This document shows positions 1-18,600 of a stretch of 64,000 bases of DNA, piece by piece (position 1 is the first letter of the stretch; each line of letters starts with the position of its first letter). The position numbers and the translations under genes are program-made. The DNA comes from Macrostomum lignano (Eukaryota), in the NCBI GenBank assembly GCA_002269645.1, contig NIVC01003340.1, forward strand, positions 39,287-103,286, given 5' to 3'. The notes beneath the pieces are model-generated. The model searched no databases, had not been told where the DNA came from, and saw nothing but the letters and a program-made list of their open reading frames with translations.

Positions 1-65
1 TAAATTGAAATCAAAACACGATTTCATCGCTTTCTAAATAAACAGCTACGCTCTTATCAACTCAC

Positions 66-5753
<5,688 letters not shown>

Positions 5754-6629
5754 CTCATGCGGCTAAAGTTGTAGTTTGTCTCTAATAATTAGTAGGGTGA
5801 ATATGGCTGGCGGCTCCAAAATGAAACGATGAAGATAGCTATAAGGAGAGAGGAAAGGATGAAAAATGAAGGAGGACCAAGATGGTTGGGAAGGATTTTC
5901 TTTCGGCCTAAATAGTCGGAGGCTGGTTGGGGCTGCGGCTCGGGCAGATGGTGGGTGACAAAGCGTTCAAAGACGGGCCATTGCTTGGCGCACACGCTGC
6001 ACACACTTGCCTCATCTGGACTGCCAGACCCCAGTACCCTACCTCATCCCCAATCCCATCGAGGCTCTCTCTACAGACAAAAGCAACAGGCCCATATAGG
6101 CTAAGGCTACAACCCCTTACCACGGACCTCGTTTCCTGCTAGCCCCTGTCCGCCTTGCCTGAATGCGCAGGGAGGTAAGAGAGAAAAGACCGCTGTGGTT
6201 CGCCGACCCAGCCCTTCCCCAGGCCCCCACCGCCCATATTGCAGTCTAGTTCGGATCAATACTGCAGAAGGAAGAGGGTGCGTCAGATGCTGAAATCTGG
6301 TATGTACGTCTTGTGGCGTTCTACAAACCAGCGATCTGGAGAGGTAGTTCGATTTTTTAATATATCATGAGCTGCGATATTATCAGGTTTCATGGGTTGG
6401 TCATAAAATGAAACAAATAGAAGTACATTTTTGTCTCTGTTTCCTTTTATTTTTTACTTTGGTTCGTCATCTTTATTGACTTTAACACTAGTCCCCGAAC
6501 ATCCAGACATTGCATTTAGAGCTCCATTCGATCGGCCAACTCCCCAACGCTGCATTGATGCCCAGACAACGGATATTCCTGTTGGAAAGGGGCTGTACGC
6601 TTCACCAGCCGAACTTTAATAGCTAGATG

Positions 6630-8297
6630 TACATGTACAAACTTTTGTGCTCATGATATACAAACTGGTGTTCATCTTTATGTCGTTTTTGTCTTGCTTT
6701 AAAAAACTACATTACATGTAGGACCCTGTAGAGATTGATAGTACGACTTAATCTGTTAAAATCTTTAGCATGTTAAAGAGATGATGGTTGTGACAACCGG
6801 CAAGGCACACTGTAATGCAGCAAAATATATTTTGGACCTACATGTAGCAGTATACGGGCTCATACTATTTGGTCGCTGCAGTAGTTTCTTCTCGTTAGAT
6901 TTTAGCTAGTAGTAATAGCATATCTAGCTGCATGACAATTAAAGGCCTAATTGACTCCTAATTTCTACTTTATGAGATATCAGACTTTCAGCATCAGCAC
7001 TAATTTGATGGCACGTCCCCTATTACTGCCAGTAGAAATAGAAATTTCTTCTTCCCTTTTTATTATCGGATCTTTTCAATATATTTACCTTTCCTCTCTC
7101 CTATCTTCGCTTCTTCCTATCCTTTGTCTCCCCTACTAATTACCTTCGCTACTTTTATGTTTTTCTTCTTTTTCATCGGGATTGTATACCAGCATACTTT
7201 TTTCGGATCATGATCATATAAATCACCAGATTGTCAAGGTATTAGACGGACACCTGGCATGCATGCCTGTGGGTATACAGGTTCCTGATGGTCTGGGAGA
7301 ATTTCTCATTTGTCAATCACATAATAATTTGGCACGTGTGACGATATATTTTGACAGCTGTGAACTTTGCCCCTACACTAAAAGTACATGTATATTCGTT
7401 TTAATCCTACAATCATCTCGCGGATTTGGCAAAATCACCTCTCCTCTTCATCCCCGATCTAATGCATATTTCATGTTAATTTTGGACTTGAAATTGCTAA
7501 AACTCATAAATAAATTTATATAAATAAAATTGGATGATTTATGGCCGCACCTATATCGCTTTTTGAGGATTCCCCAGGGACCTGTAGGATCTCTCGGCTT
7601 TTCAGGTCGTGGTAGCTAAATGCTTCAGCCGATCAGAAAATTAGACAGGGCGTTTTAACAAATCGGCTCAGCCAATCAAAATCGATGTGTTCTAATTGTA
7701 ACAAATCCCAACCCAAGCTACGAGCATAATTGGTTCCAAACAGTATTCAGTCAACCAACCATTTTGAATCAGAATTCAAGTCAGTCATGTACTTTATTGC
7801 TAACTTAGGCATCAAAGCGGCTTATATATCTACATGTATGTAAGCTAGAACCCACCAGCTACATGTAAGGGTCTCAGAGCTAGGGCTAATATATTAGTTT
7901 ATAGTCACATTTTATGGCCAGAATCAATCGCATGCATAGGAATTTGATAATGTAGTACATATATGTGTATATTTCACGAACCTATAGTCTTGCAGCCTAG
8001 CAACAAGAAGAACCCCTCTGCAAAAATATGCTATCCAGTCCGAGTACCGTCCCTTTTCGGCTGACTTCGAGATTCAACTAAAAGACACCAGTTGGCACAT
8101 CAGTTCAGAGCCTCTCCTTGAGTCGTGGTAACCCGATTCGAGAGAGAGCCGAGCGGCAGGTTTGGTGAGCCAGTTTTTGCATGAGTTGGTGGCCAGCTGA
8201 TTAGCTTAATCTACGGATTAGCTGTTTTTGCCTTTAAAATTCTCCTGCTTGTCTCTCGCTGTATACTTTCTTAGGTAATAGGAGCTACATGTAGCTC
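6630..8297. promoter_or_regulatory. Cluster of seven TACATGTA palindromes between the divergent laminin and bHLH-ZIP genes (mirror ~17678-19345)
   Basis: TACATGTA starts at 6630, 6713, 6839, 7385, 7831, 7860 and 8286. The last lies inside the perfect 16-bp palindrome GAGCTACATGTAGCTC (8282-8297). An AGCCAATCA (CCAAT/NF-Y-like) site is at 7670-7678. The regulatory role is inferred. Confidence 0.35.
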
Positions 8298-10311
8298 ATG
8301 TTCGGCACATCTAAATTATGATATATTCAGATTTGCAGATGTGCAAGCCGCGCCTAAGAGTAAGACACATAAAAAGACAGTGGCCTTGTCCGATAAATCG
8401 TGATCAACTTGCTAACGACTCTTAATTTTATACTTTTTTATTTTTAACGCAAGTTACTGCTTTACTATTAATTAAATTTTTTTAATAATTATCAAAGAAA
8501 GTATATTCTATTCTCAGAAGTTGCATTTTTTGTTTTGATTAAACTATAGATAAAATGTTTCAAAGTCAAAAACTTCCAATTGCAGGAACTCGTAAAAGCT
8601 GTGTGAGAGAGAGTATTGAGAATGCGAGCGACATTTTTGCATGACGTCACATTTGACATGTACAGTTTGTAACTTAGAGTGGGAGAACCACGTATATAAG
8701 TTCGTGTATTTTTCATAGGATCTATTTTACCTTTTTTGAAGGCCGTAGAGGTTGTCCTGTCCCAAGAGTAATTGTGGAATCGAAGCAGTGCATTATCTTA
8801 ATCTTATCAATGCCGAAAATTAATAAAATCTGCTAAAGTTCCTTATTTTATTTTGCTTGCAATTTACTATAGGCCCAGATAGGCTCTCTAGTAGGCCTAC
8901 TAAAGATCTAGGACTAATCCATTTTATATCATATTTATTTTTTTGAATTTATTCAGATATATCTCATGTGCCATCCCATCTGCCATGTCCATGGCGGCAA
9001 ACTGTTATTGTTTAAGATCAAACTTTTATCGAAATTTATGATGACTAAAACCTATATTAGTTCATATTGAAAACAGTATATCATTTTGGCAATCTTTTAG
9101 TTTTGCCCATTTGATTATTTTTCAACTTGCGACTATTGCAGCTTTAATTTAATTAACATTTTAATAATGTTGTAAACCTTTAAGTTAAGAGGCAAAACTT
9201 ATTATATTATATTTATTATTTAACTTTTTTATTTTATTATATTTGCAATTTGGCAGACTTTTACATATAGACACAGCTGTAGACATGAATTTTATGCTTA
9301 AACTATTGTATAATTAACTTAACATTGGTAAAAGTTGGCATGACTAAGCTTGGCACAAAATCAAATTAAAAAATATCTATCTAGATATATTATTTATGCT
9401 TTTTACCACATCAATAGCTTGATATATAACTTGGTATAAAATCAAATTAAATGTTCAAAATTAGAAAATCATCCATTTTTGTTGCCTTTTTCATAATGAA
9501 ATTAATATTTTTTTTATATTTAATCATTTGCAACATATTTGATACTTAGTGGGCTAATTTAGCAATTCAACTATTTGGCTATTGAAAAAAATTAAACTTT
9601 GCAATCAGTCAATCTATAGTCCAGTTTGTTGTTTATATTAGAAACTTCTAGTCTTGAATTAGCCTTGATATAAATGATCTAATAAAAAAAGAGATAGCAG
9701 TATATTTGTTTTTTATTGTATTAGGCACTATAGAAAACTATTTTCAAATGATTCATTTTCCATTTTTTACCAAAACAGGCCTAGTAAAAGTCTTTCATAA
9801 GTTCAAACAAACTATTGTAATCATTTTTAGATATAATTATAAGATTCTAGTTATATACAAGTAAAATAGTACCAATTTTGCACACAAGTAATAGCTTTAA
9901 TTGTACTAGACATTCATACATGCGCAACACTTGGCCGATCTAGCTGATTGGCAAGGGCCCAGCCATGATAAGTTGAAAAAATATACACCAAAATAGATAT
10001 AAAAACTAATTAGATGACGAAGCATTTAGCCTTGATAAAAGAGTTATAGTTACTCCTGCCGTTTACCCAAAAGTTTTTTTAGGAAGTTGCAAGGCTGGTG
10101 TAATTCAGGGGGTTGCGCATGGATGTCTAGCATAGTAGTAAATGTTTTATGATGATATAATATCTAATTAGATAATGCAACATATAATATAAAAGCTATG
10201 TTTATAAACAAGCAATCATATTTTCAATTTATTGCATGCAATATGGTTAATACTACAAGACACTGACAGCTGATTCCATTTTTTGAGAACTTCTTTGAGT
10301 TTGCACTTTTC

Positions 10312-12147
10312 ATGGACACTGGCAATGGAGAGGACAGCATGTCCTTTCTGCTTGATCTAATATCCTCAGACGCTGGCAATGTGCAGCAGCATCAGGATGA
10401 GCCAATGATGGATGCAGCATCTGGCGCTGGTCATTTGCAGCAGCACCAGAGCACCGCGCTTGAAGACATTGAGCCGTCTTATGATTTGTTCCAATTCCCC
10501 ACTTCTGTAGCCAATGACAGCAATGGCACTGCTACTTCCGCTAGCATACTGTGGCAACAGCTCACCATGCCGCAACCGCAGGAGCCTTCACTGACATCTA
10601 ACACCAGCAACTCGGCCTTCCAACAGTACCGCAGTCACTCCAGCTGCTCAAGCTACTCAAACTTCTCCAGCTCGGTGCCATCCGTAGCCTCAACTCCTTC
10701 GCTACTGAGCGGCTTCAGCACTCCGGCGCACCCGCGGGAATGGACAGCCCGCCGACTGTCTATGGCGCCTCCTCCGCCGCCGCCGTGCGCGCCGACGCCA
10801 CAGCCGCCGCCGCCGTTCCGATCGATCCTGACGAGCGCAGGCGGCGCTACGCTGACGTGAACAGTCTGTCCCGACAGGAGTTGTTCGACACACTCAATCG
10901 TCGCCTGAGGCGGGTTGGCAGTTCCAGCGGCGGTGGCTTCGGCGACGGCGTCTCGTCGCCTTCGGACACGTCGGATTCGCCGCGATGGCAGCAGCAGCAG
11001 CAGCATCATCATCATCACAGCGGCGGCAGTGGCGGTGCAACATCGTCCAGCTCGTCAGCTGCCGGCTTCTCCGTTGGCGGCGCTGCCTCAGGCGCTGCGG
11101 CAGCCGTTTCCGTCGCCGACAATCCCGACGTTGTTGGCCTGTCCGCCGCTGTCGGCGTCGGCGTCCACCTGAAAGACGAGCCAGCGACGCCGCCCTCAAC
11201 GCCGTCGCGGCTGCCGCGTCACCAGCGAGAGCCGCATAAAAAGGCTGAGAAGAAGCGCGTTGAAAAAATTCGTCAGAGACTCGACCAGCTGCGTGAGCTG
11301 TGCGGCATCGGCGGCGGCGGCGGCGCAGCTGATCGGTCAGAAGCGAAACTGCTGACTCGAGTGCTGGGCTGCATTCGGGAGCTTCAGTTGGCTAACAGGC
11401 GATCCGCTGATGAAGCTAATGCGCTTCAGGTAACTGAACTCGTAATAACTTGAGTGCTCTCACTTTGAATATCTCTTACTTTGAGAGATTAGATTCCTAC
11501 ATTCATATCTTGTTACTGTTCAGTAGGCAGTCTGTTGTAGTGTGTTTATCGACCTGAGTCATTGAACTCTGGTGTGTTTTTCGGCGTGGCTCGTTAAACT
11601 CGGAGTGTGTTTATCGGCCTGACTCATTAAACTCTGAGTGTGTTTATCGGCCTGACTCATTAAACTATGAGTGTGTTTATCGGCCTGACTCATTAAACTC
11701 GGAGTGTGTTTATCGGATTTGCGCATCAAATTTGGAGTGTGTTTATCGGCCTCTGTCGTTAAACTCGAGTGTGTTTATCTGCTCGACTCATTAAACTCAG
11801 AGTGTGTTTATCGGCTTTCCGCATTTAACTTGGAGTGTGTTTATCTGCTTGACTCGTTAAACTCGGAGTGTGTTTAGCGACAATCAAATCTGTCTAATGC
11901 AGCATATCAAAATCTCTACAGCTTAATCCGCCCCTCCCCAGGCTCGTCTTTCGGAGCTCGAATCCGAGCAGAAGACCCTTCTCGAAGCCCTTGACGACGA
12001 GGCCGCTGCGGATCATAAAGTTGACGCGGATGGCGACTCCGCTATTGAAGACTTCAGCGGCGTCAAGTTTGAATCGGGCGATGAGGCTGGCACACCGTCC
12101 GAGGACTGCGAGATGACTTCGGAGACTACCATTACTCACGACTGCAG
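10312..12147 (+). CDS. bHLH-leucine-zipper transcription factor (Max/Mlx/Mondo/AP-4-like group); one frameshift near 10740; 3' end not located
   Basis: Exon 10312-11429 encodes an acidic/Q/S-rich N-terminus and HKKAEKKRVEKIRQRLDQLRELC...SEAKLLTRVLGCIRELQ. It ends at CAG|GTAACT. Exon 11942-12147 (CCCCAG| ... CAG|GTAATC) continues in frame as ARLSELESEQKTLLEAL, completing the heptad zipper LQARLSELESEQKTL. Confidence 0.85.
11540..11878. repeat. 33-bp minisatellite (~10 copies) in the bHLH-ZIP intron
   Basis: Unit ~GGAGTGTGTTTATCGGCCTGACTCATTAAACTC. Confidence 0.95.
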
Positions 12148-12224
12148 GTAATCTTGCGGATTGGGGTAACAGGTGTTCTAATGGCTTTTTCTTGAAACTT
12201 TTTAAAAGCCATTATTTCGCACTT

Positions 12225-13655
12225 GCCCTTTGACATCCTGTCCTCAAGTCCCTTTGACATCCTGTCATCATGTCCCTTTGACATCCTGTCCTCATGTCCC
12301 TTTGACATCCTGTCCTCAAGTCCCTTTAACATCCTGTCATCAAGTCCCTTTGACATCCTGTCATCAAGTCCCTTTGACATCTGTCCTCATGTCCCTTTGA
12401 CATCCTGTCATCAAGTCCTTTGACATCCTGTCATCAAGACCCTTTGACATCCTGTCATCAAGTCCCTTTGATATCCTGTCATCAAGTCCCTTTGACATCC
12501 TGTCCTCAAGTCCCTTTGACATCCTGTCCTCAAGTCCCTTTGACATCCTGTCCTCATGTCCCTTTGACATCCTGTCCTCAAGTCCCTTTGACATCCTGTC
12601 CTCAAGTCCCTTTGACATCCTGTCCTAATGTCCCTTTGACATCCTGTCCTCATGTCCCTTTGACATCCTGTCCTCAAGTCCCTTTGACATCCTGTCCTCA
12701 AGTCCTTTGACATCCTGTCCTCATGTCCCTTTGACATCCTGTCATCAAGTCCCTTTGACATCCTGTCATCAAGTCCCTTTGACATCCTGTCCTCAAGTCC
12801 CTTTGACATCCTGTCATCAAGTCCCTTTGACATCCTGTCCTCAAGTCCCTTTGACATCCTGTCCTCAAGTCCCTTTGACATCCTGTCCTCAAGTCCCTTT
12901 GACATCCTGTCATCAAGTCCCTTTGACATCCTGTCATCAAGTCCCTTTGACATCTGTCCTCATGTCCCTTTGACATCCTGTCATCAAGTCCCTTTGACAT
13001 CCTGTCATCAAGACCCTTTGACATCCTGTCATCGAGTCCCTTTGATATCCTGTCATCAAGTCCCTTTGACATCCTGTCATCAAGTCCCTTTGACATCCTG
13101 TCCTCAAGTCCCTTTGACATCCTGTCCTCATGTCCCTTTGACATCCTGTCCTCAAGTCCTTTTGACATCCTGTCCTCAAGTCCCTTTGACATCCTGTCCT
13201 CATGTCCCTTTGACATCCTGTCCTCAAGTCCCTTTGACATCCTGTCCTCAAGTCTCTTTGACATCCTGTCCTCAAGTCCCTTTGACATCCTGTCCTCATG
13301 TCCCTTTGACATCCTGTCCTCAAGTCCCTTTGACATCCTGTCCTCATGTCCTTTGACATCCTGTCATCAAGTCCCTTTGACATCCTGTCATCAAGTCCCT
13401 TTGACATCCTGTCCTCAAGTCCCTTTGACATCCTGTCCTCAAGTCCCTTTGACATCCTGTCCTCAAGTCCCTTTGACATCCTGTCATCAAGTCCCTTTGA
13501 CATCCTGTCCTCATGTCCCTTTGACATCCTGTCCTCAAGTCCCTTTGACATCCTGTCCTCATGTCCCTTTGGCATCCTGTCCTCATGTCCCTTTGACATC
13601 CTGTCCTCAAGTCCCTTTGACATCCTGTCCTCAAGTCCCTGTGACATCCTGTCCT
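12225..13655. repeat. 24-bp minisatellite (~60 copies) in the spacer of the inverted duplication
   Basis: Unit CCCTTTGACATCCTGTCCTCAAGT. It explains the MSKGLEDR / TSCPQVPL periodic ORFs. Confidence 0.98.
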
Positions 13656-13718
13656 TTGGTCCATTTTACTTAAACTTCCCTGAAAGTGTATTGTTTGAGG
13701 TCGAAGTGAACCTAAAAT

Positions 13719-14020
13719 NNNNNNNNNNNNNNNNNNNNNNNNNNNNNNNNNNNNNNNNNNNNNNNNNNNNNNNNNNNNNNNNNNNNNNNNNNNNNNNNNN
13801 NNNNNNNNNNNNNNNNNNNNNNNNNNNNNNNNNNNNNNNNNNNNNNNNNNNNNNNNNNNNNNNNNNNNNNNNNNNNNNNNNNNNNNNNNNNNNNNNNNNN
13901 NNNNNNNNNNNNNNNNNNNNNNNNNNNNNNNNNNNNNNNNNNNNNNNNNNNNNNNNNNNNNNNNNNNNNNNNNNNNNNNNNNNNNNNNNNNNNNNNNNNN
14001 NNNNNNNNNNNNNNNNNNNC
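13719..14020. other. Assembly gap (302 N)
   Basis: Run of N. The right arm of the inverted duplication starts exactly at the gap edge. Confidence 1.
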
Positions 14021-15663
14021 CGAAAGACGAGCCTGGGGAGGGGCGGATTAAGCTGTAGAGATTTTGATATGCTGCATTAGACAGATTTGATTGTCGCTAA
14101 ACACACTCCGAGTTTAACGAGTCAAGCAGATAAACACACTCCAAGTTAAATGCGGAAAGCCGATAAACACACTCTGAGTTTAATGAGTCGAGCCAGATAA
14201 ACACACTCGAGTTTAACGACAGAGGCCGATAAACACACTCCAAATTTGATGCGCAAATCGATAAACACACTCCGAGTTTAATGAGTCAGGCCGATAAACA
14301 CACTCATAGTTTAATGAGTCAGGCCGATAAACACACTCAGAGTTTAATGAGTCAGGCCGATAAACACACTCCGAGTTTAACGAGCCACGCCGAAAAACAC
14401 ACCCAGAGTTCAATGACTCAGGTCGATAAACACACTACAACAGACTGCCTACTGAACAGTAACAAGATATGAATGTAGGAATCTAATCTCTCAAAGTAAG
14501 AGATATTCAAAGTGAGAGCACTCAAGTTATTACGAGTTCAGTTACCTGAAGCGCATTAGCTTCATCAGCGGATCGCCTGTTAGCCAACTGAAGCTCCCGA
14601 ATGCAGCCCAGCACTCGAGTCAGCAGTTTCGCTTCTGACCGATCAGCTGCGCCGCCGCCGCCGCCGATGCCGCACAGCTCACGCAGCTGGTCGAGTCTCT
14701 GACGAATTTTTTCAACGCGCTTCTTCTCAGCCTTTTTATGCGGCTCTCGCTGGTGACGCGGCAGCCGCGACGGCGTTGAGGGCGGCGTCGCTGGCTCGTC
14801 TTTCAGGTGGACGCCGACGCCGACAGCGGCGGACAGGCCAACAACGTCGGGATTGTCGGCGACGGAAACGGCTGCCGCAGCGCCTGAGGCAGCGCCGCCA
14901 ACGGAGAAGCCGGCAGCTGACGAGCTGGACGATGTTGCACCGCCACTGCCGCCGCTGTGATGATGATGATGCTGCTGCTGCTGCTGCCATCGCGGCGAAT
15001 CCGACGTGTCGAAGGCGACGAGACGCCGTCGCCGAAGCCACCGCCGCTGGAACTGCCAACCCGCCTCAGGCGACGATTGAGTGTGTCGAACAACTCCTGT
15101 CGGGACAGACTGTTCACGTCAGCGTAGCGCCGCCTGCGCTCGTCAGGATCGATCGGAACGGCGGCGGCGGCTGTGGCGTCGGCGCGCACGGCGGCGGCGG
15201 AGGAGGCGCCATAGACAGTCGGGCGGGCTGTCCATTCCCGCGGGTGCGCCGGAGTGCTGAAGCCGCTCAGTAGCGAAGGAGTTGAGGCTACGGATGGCAC
15301 CGAGCTGGAGAAGTTTGAGTAGCTTGAGCAGCTGGAGTGACTGCGGTACTGTTGGAAGGCCGAGTTGCTGGTGTTAGATGTCAGTGAAGGCTCCTGCGGT
15401 TGCGGCATGGTGAGCTGTTGCCACAGTATGCTAGCGGAAGTAGCAGTGCCATTGCTGTCATTGGCTACAGAAGTGGGGAATTGGAACAAATCATAAGACG
15501 GCTCAATGTCTTCAAGCGCGGTGCTCTGGTGCTGCTGCAAATGACCAGCGCCAGATGCTGCATCCATCATTGGCTCATCCTGATGCTGCTGCACATTGCC
15601 AGCGTCTGAGGATATTAGATCAAGCAGAAAGGACATGCTGTCCTCTCCATTGCCAGTGTCCAT
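14021..15663 (-). CDS. Mirror copy of the bHLH-ZIP gene, cut by the gap 12 nt into exon 2, with a different frameshift (~15010)
   Basis: ORF 14803..15663 reads MDTG...REWTARPTVYG in one frame, then shifts out of frame at GVSSPS. Confidence 0.75.
14097..14435. repeat. Mirror copy of the 33-bp minisatellite
   Basis: Reverse complement of 11540-11878. Confidence 0.95.
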
Positions 15664-18600
15664 GAAAAGTGCAAACTCAAAGAAGTTCTCAAAAAATGGA
15701 ATCAGCTGTCAGTGTCTTGTAGTATTAACCATATTGCATGCAATAAATTGAAAATATGATTGCTTGTTTATAAACATAGCTTTTATATTATATGTTGCAT
15801 TATCTAATTAGATATTATATCATCATAAAACATTTACTACTATGCTAGACATCCATGCGCAACCCCCTGAATTACACCAGCCTTGCAACTTCCTAAAAAA
15901 ACTTTTGGGTAAACGGCAGGAGTAACTATAACTCTTTTATCAAGGCTAAATGCTTCGTCATCTAATTAGTTTTTATATCTATTTTGGTGTATATTTTTTC
16001 AACTTATCATGGCTGGGCCCTTGCCAATCAGCTAGATCGGCCAAGTGTTGCGCATGTATGAATGTCTAGTACAATTAAAGCTATTACTTGTGTGCAAAAT
16101 TGGTACTATTTTACTTGTATATAACTAGAATCTTATAATTATATCTAAAAATGATTACAATAGTTTGTTTGAACTTATGAAAGACTTTTACTAGGCCTGT
16201 TTTGGTAAAAAATGGAAAATGAATCATTTGAAAATAGTTTTCTATAGTGCCTAATACAATAAAAAACAAATATACTGCTATCTCTTTTTTTATTAGATCA
16301 TTTATATCAAGGCTAATTCAAGACTAGAAGTTTCTAATATAAACAACAAACTGGACTATAGATTGACTGATTGCAAAGTTTAATTTTTTTCAATAGCCAA
16401 ATAGTTGAATTGCTAAATTAGCCCACTAAGTATCAAATATGTTGCAAATGATTAAATATAAAAAAAATATTAATTTCATTATGAAAAAGGCAACAAAAAT
16501 GGATGATTTTCTAATTTTGAACATTTAATTTGATTTTATACCAAGTTATATATCAAGCTATTGATGTGGTAAAAAGCATAAATAATATATCTAGATAGAT
16601 ATTTTTTAATTTGATTTTGTGCCAAGCTTAGTCATGCCAACTTTTACCAATGTTAAGTTAATTATACAATAGTTTAAGCATAAAATTCATGTCTACAGCT
16701 GTGTCTATATGTAAAAGTCTGCCAAATTGCAAATATAATAAAATAAAAAAGTTAAATAATAAATATAATATAATAAGTTTTGCCTCTTAACTTAAAGGTT
16801 TACAACATTATTAAAATGTTAATTAAATTAAAGCTGCAATAGTCGCAAGTTGAAAAATAATCAAATGGGCAAAACTAAAAGATTGCCAAAATGATATACT
16901 GTTTTCAATATGAACTAATATAGGTTTTAGTCATCATAAATTTCGATAAAAGTTTGATCTTAAACAATAACAGTTTGCCGCCATGGACATGGCAGATGGG
17001 ATGGCACATGAGATATATCTGAATAAATTCAAAAAAATAAATATGATATAAAATGGATTAGTCCTAGATCTTTAGTAGGCCTACTAGAGAGCCTATCTGG
17101 GCCTATAGTAAATTGCAAGCAAAATAAAATAAGGAACTTTAGCAGATTTTATTAATTTTCGGCATTGATAAGATTAAGATAATGCACTGCTTCGATTCCA
17201 CAATTACTCTTGGGACAGGACAACCTCTACGGCCTTCAAAAAAGGTAAAATAGATCCTATGAAAAATACACGAACTTATATACGTGGTTCTCCCACTCTA
17301 AGTTACAAACTGTACATGTCAAATGTGACGTCATGCAAAAATGTCGCTCGCATTCTCAATACTCTCTCTCACACAGCTTTTACGAGTTCCTGCAATTGGA
17401 AGTTTTTGACTTTGAAACATTTTATCTATAGTTTAATCAAAACAAAAAATGCAACTTCTGAGAATAGAATATACTTTCTTTGATAATTATTAAAAAAATT
17501 TAATTAATAGTAAAGCAGTAACTTGCGTTAAAAATAAAAAAGTATAAAATTAAGAGTCGTTAGCAAGTTGATCACGATTTATCGGACAAGGCCACTGTCT
17601 TTTTATGTGTCTTACTCTTAGGCGCGGCTTGCACATCTGCAAATCTGAATATATCATAATTTAGATGTGCCGAACATGAGCTACATGTAGCTCCTATTAC
17701 CTAAGAAAGTATACAGCGAGAGACAAGCAGGAGAATTTTAAAGGCAAAAACAGCTAATCCGTAGATTAAGCTAATCAGCTGGCCACCAACTCATGCAAAA
17801 ACTGGCTCACCAAACCTGCCGCTCGGCTCTCTCTCGAATCGGGTTACCACGACTCAAGGAGAGGCTCTGAACTGATGTGCCAACTGGTGTCTTTTAGTTG
17901 AATCTCGAAGTCAGCCGAAAAGGGACGGTACTCGGACTGGATAGCATATTTTTGCAGAGGGGTTCTTCTTGTTGCTAGGCTGCAAGACTATAGGTTCGTG
18001 AAATATACACATATATGTACTACATTATCAAATTCCTATGCATGCGATTGATTCTGGCCATAAAATGTGACTATAAACTAATATATTAGCCCTAGCTCTG
18101 AGACCCTTACATGTAGCTGGTGGGTTCTAGCTTACATACATGTAGATATATAAGCCGCTTTGATGCCTAAGTTAGCAATAAAGTACATGACTGACTTGAA
18201 TTCTGATTCAAAATGGTTGGTTGACTGAATACTGTTTGGAACCAATTATGCTCGTAGCTTGGGTTGGGATTTGTTACAATTAGAACACATCGATTTTGAT
18301 TGGCTGAGCCGATTTGTTAAAACGCCCTGTCTAATTTTCTGATCGGCTGAAGCATTTAGCTACCACGACCTGAAAAGCCGAGAGATCCTACAGGTCCCTG
18401 GGGAATCCTCAAAAAGCGATATAGGTGCGGCCATAAATCATCCAATTTTATTTATATAAATTTATTTATGAGTTTTAGCAATTTCAAGTCCAAAATTAAC
18501 ATGAAATATGCATTAGATCGGGGATGAAGAGGAGAGGTGATTTTGCCAAATCCGCGAGATGATTGTAGGATTAAAACGAATATACATGTACTTTTAGTGT

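Noticed and set aside
10224-10238. TCAATTTATTGCATG, 74 nt upstream of the bHLH ATG, matches my recollection of the 3' end of the Macrostomum spliced leader
   Set aside because: Only 15 AT-rich nt match. The 5' part of the leader, the following GT donor and an Sm site are absent, and the reference sequence is from memory and unverified.
12132-13673. Long periodic ORFs (MSKGLEDR..., TSCPQVPL...)
   Set aside because: These are translations of a 24-bp non-coding minisatellite. They are open in several frames on both strands and broken by 23-bp units.
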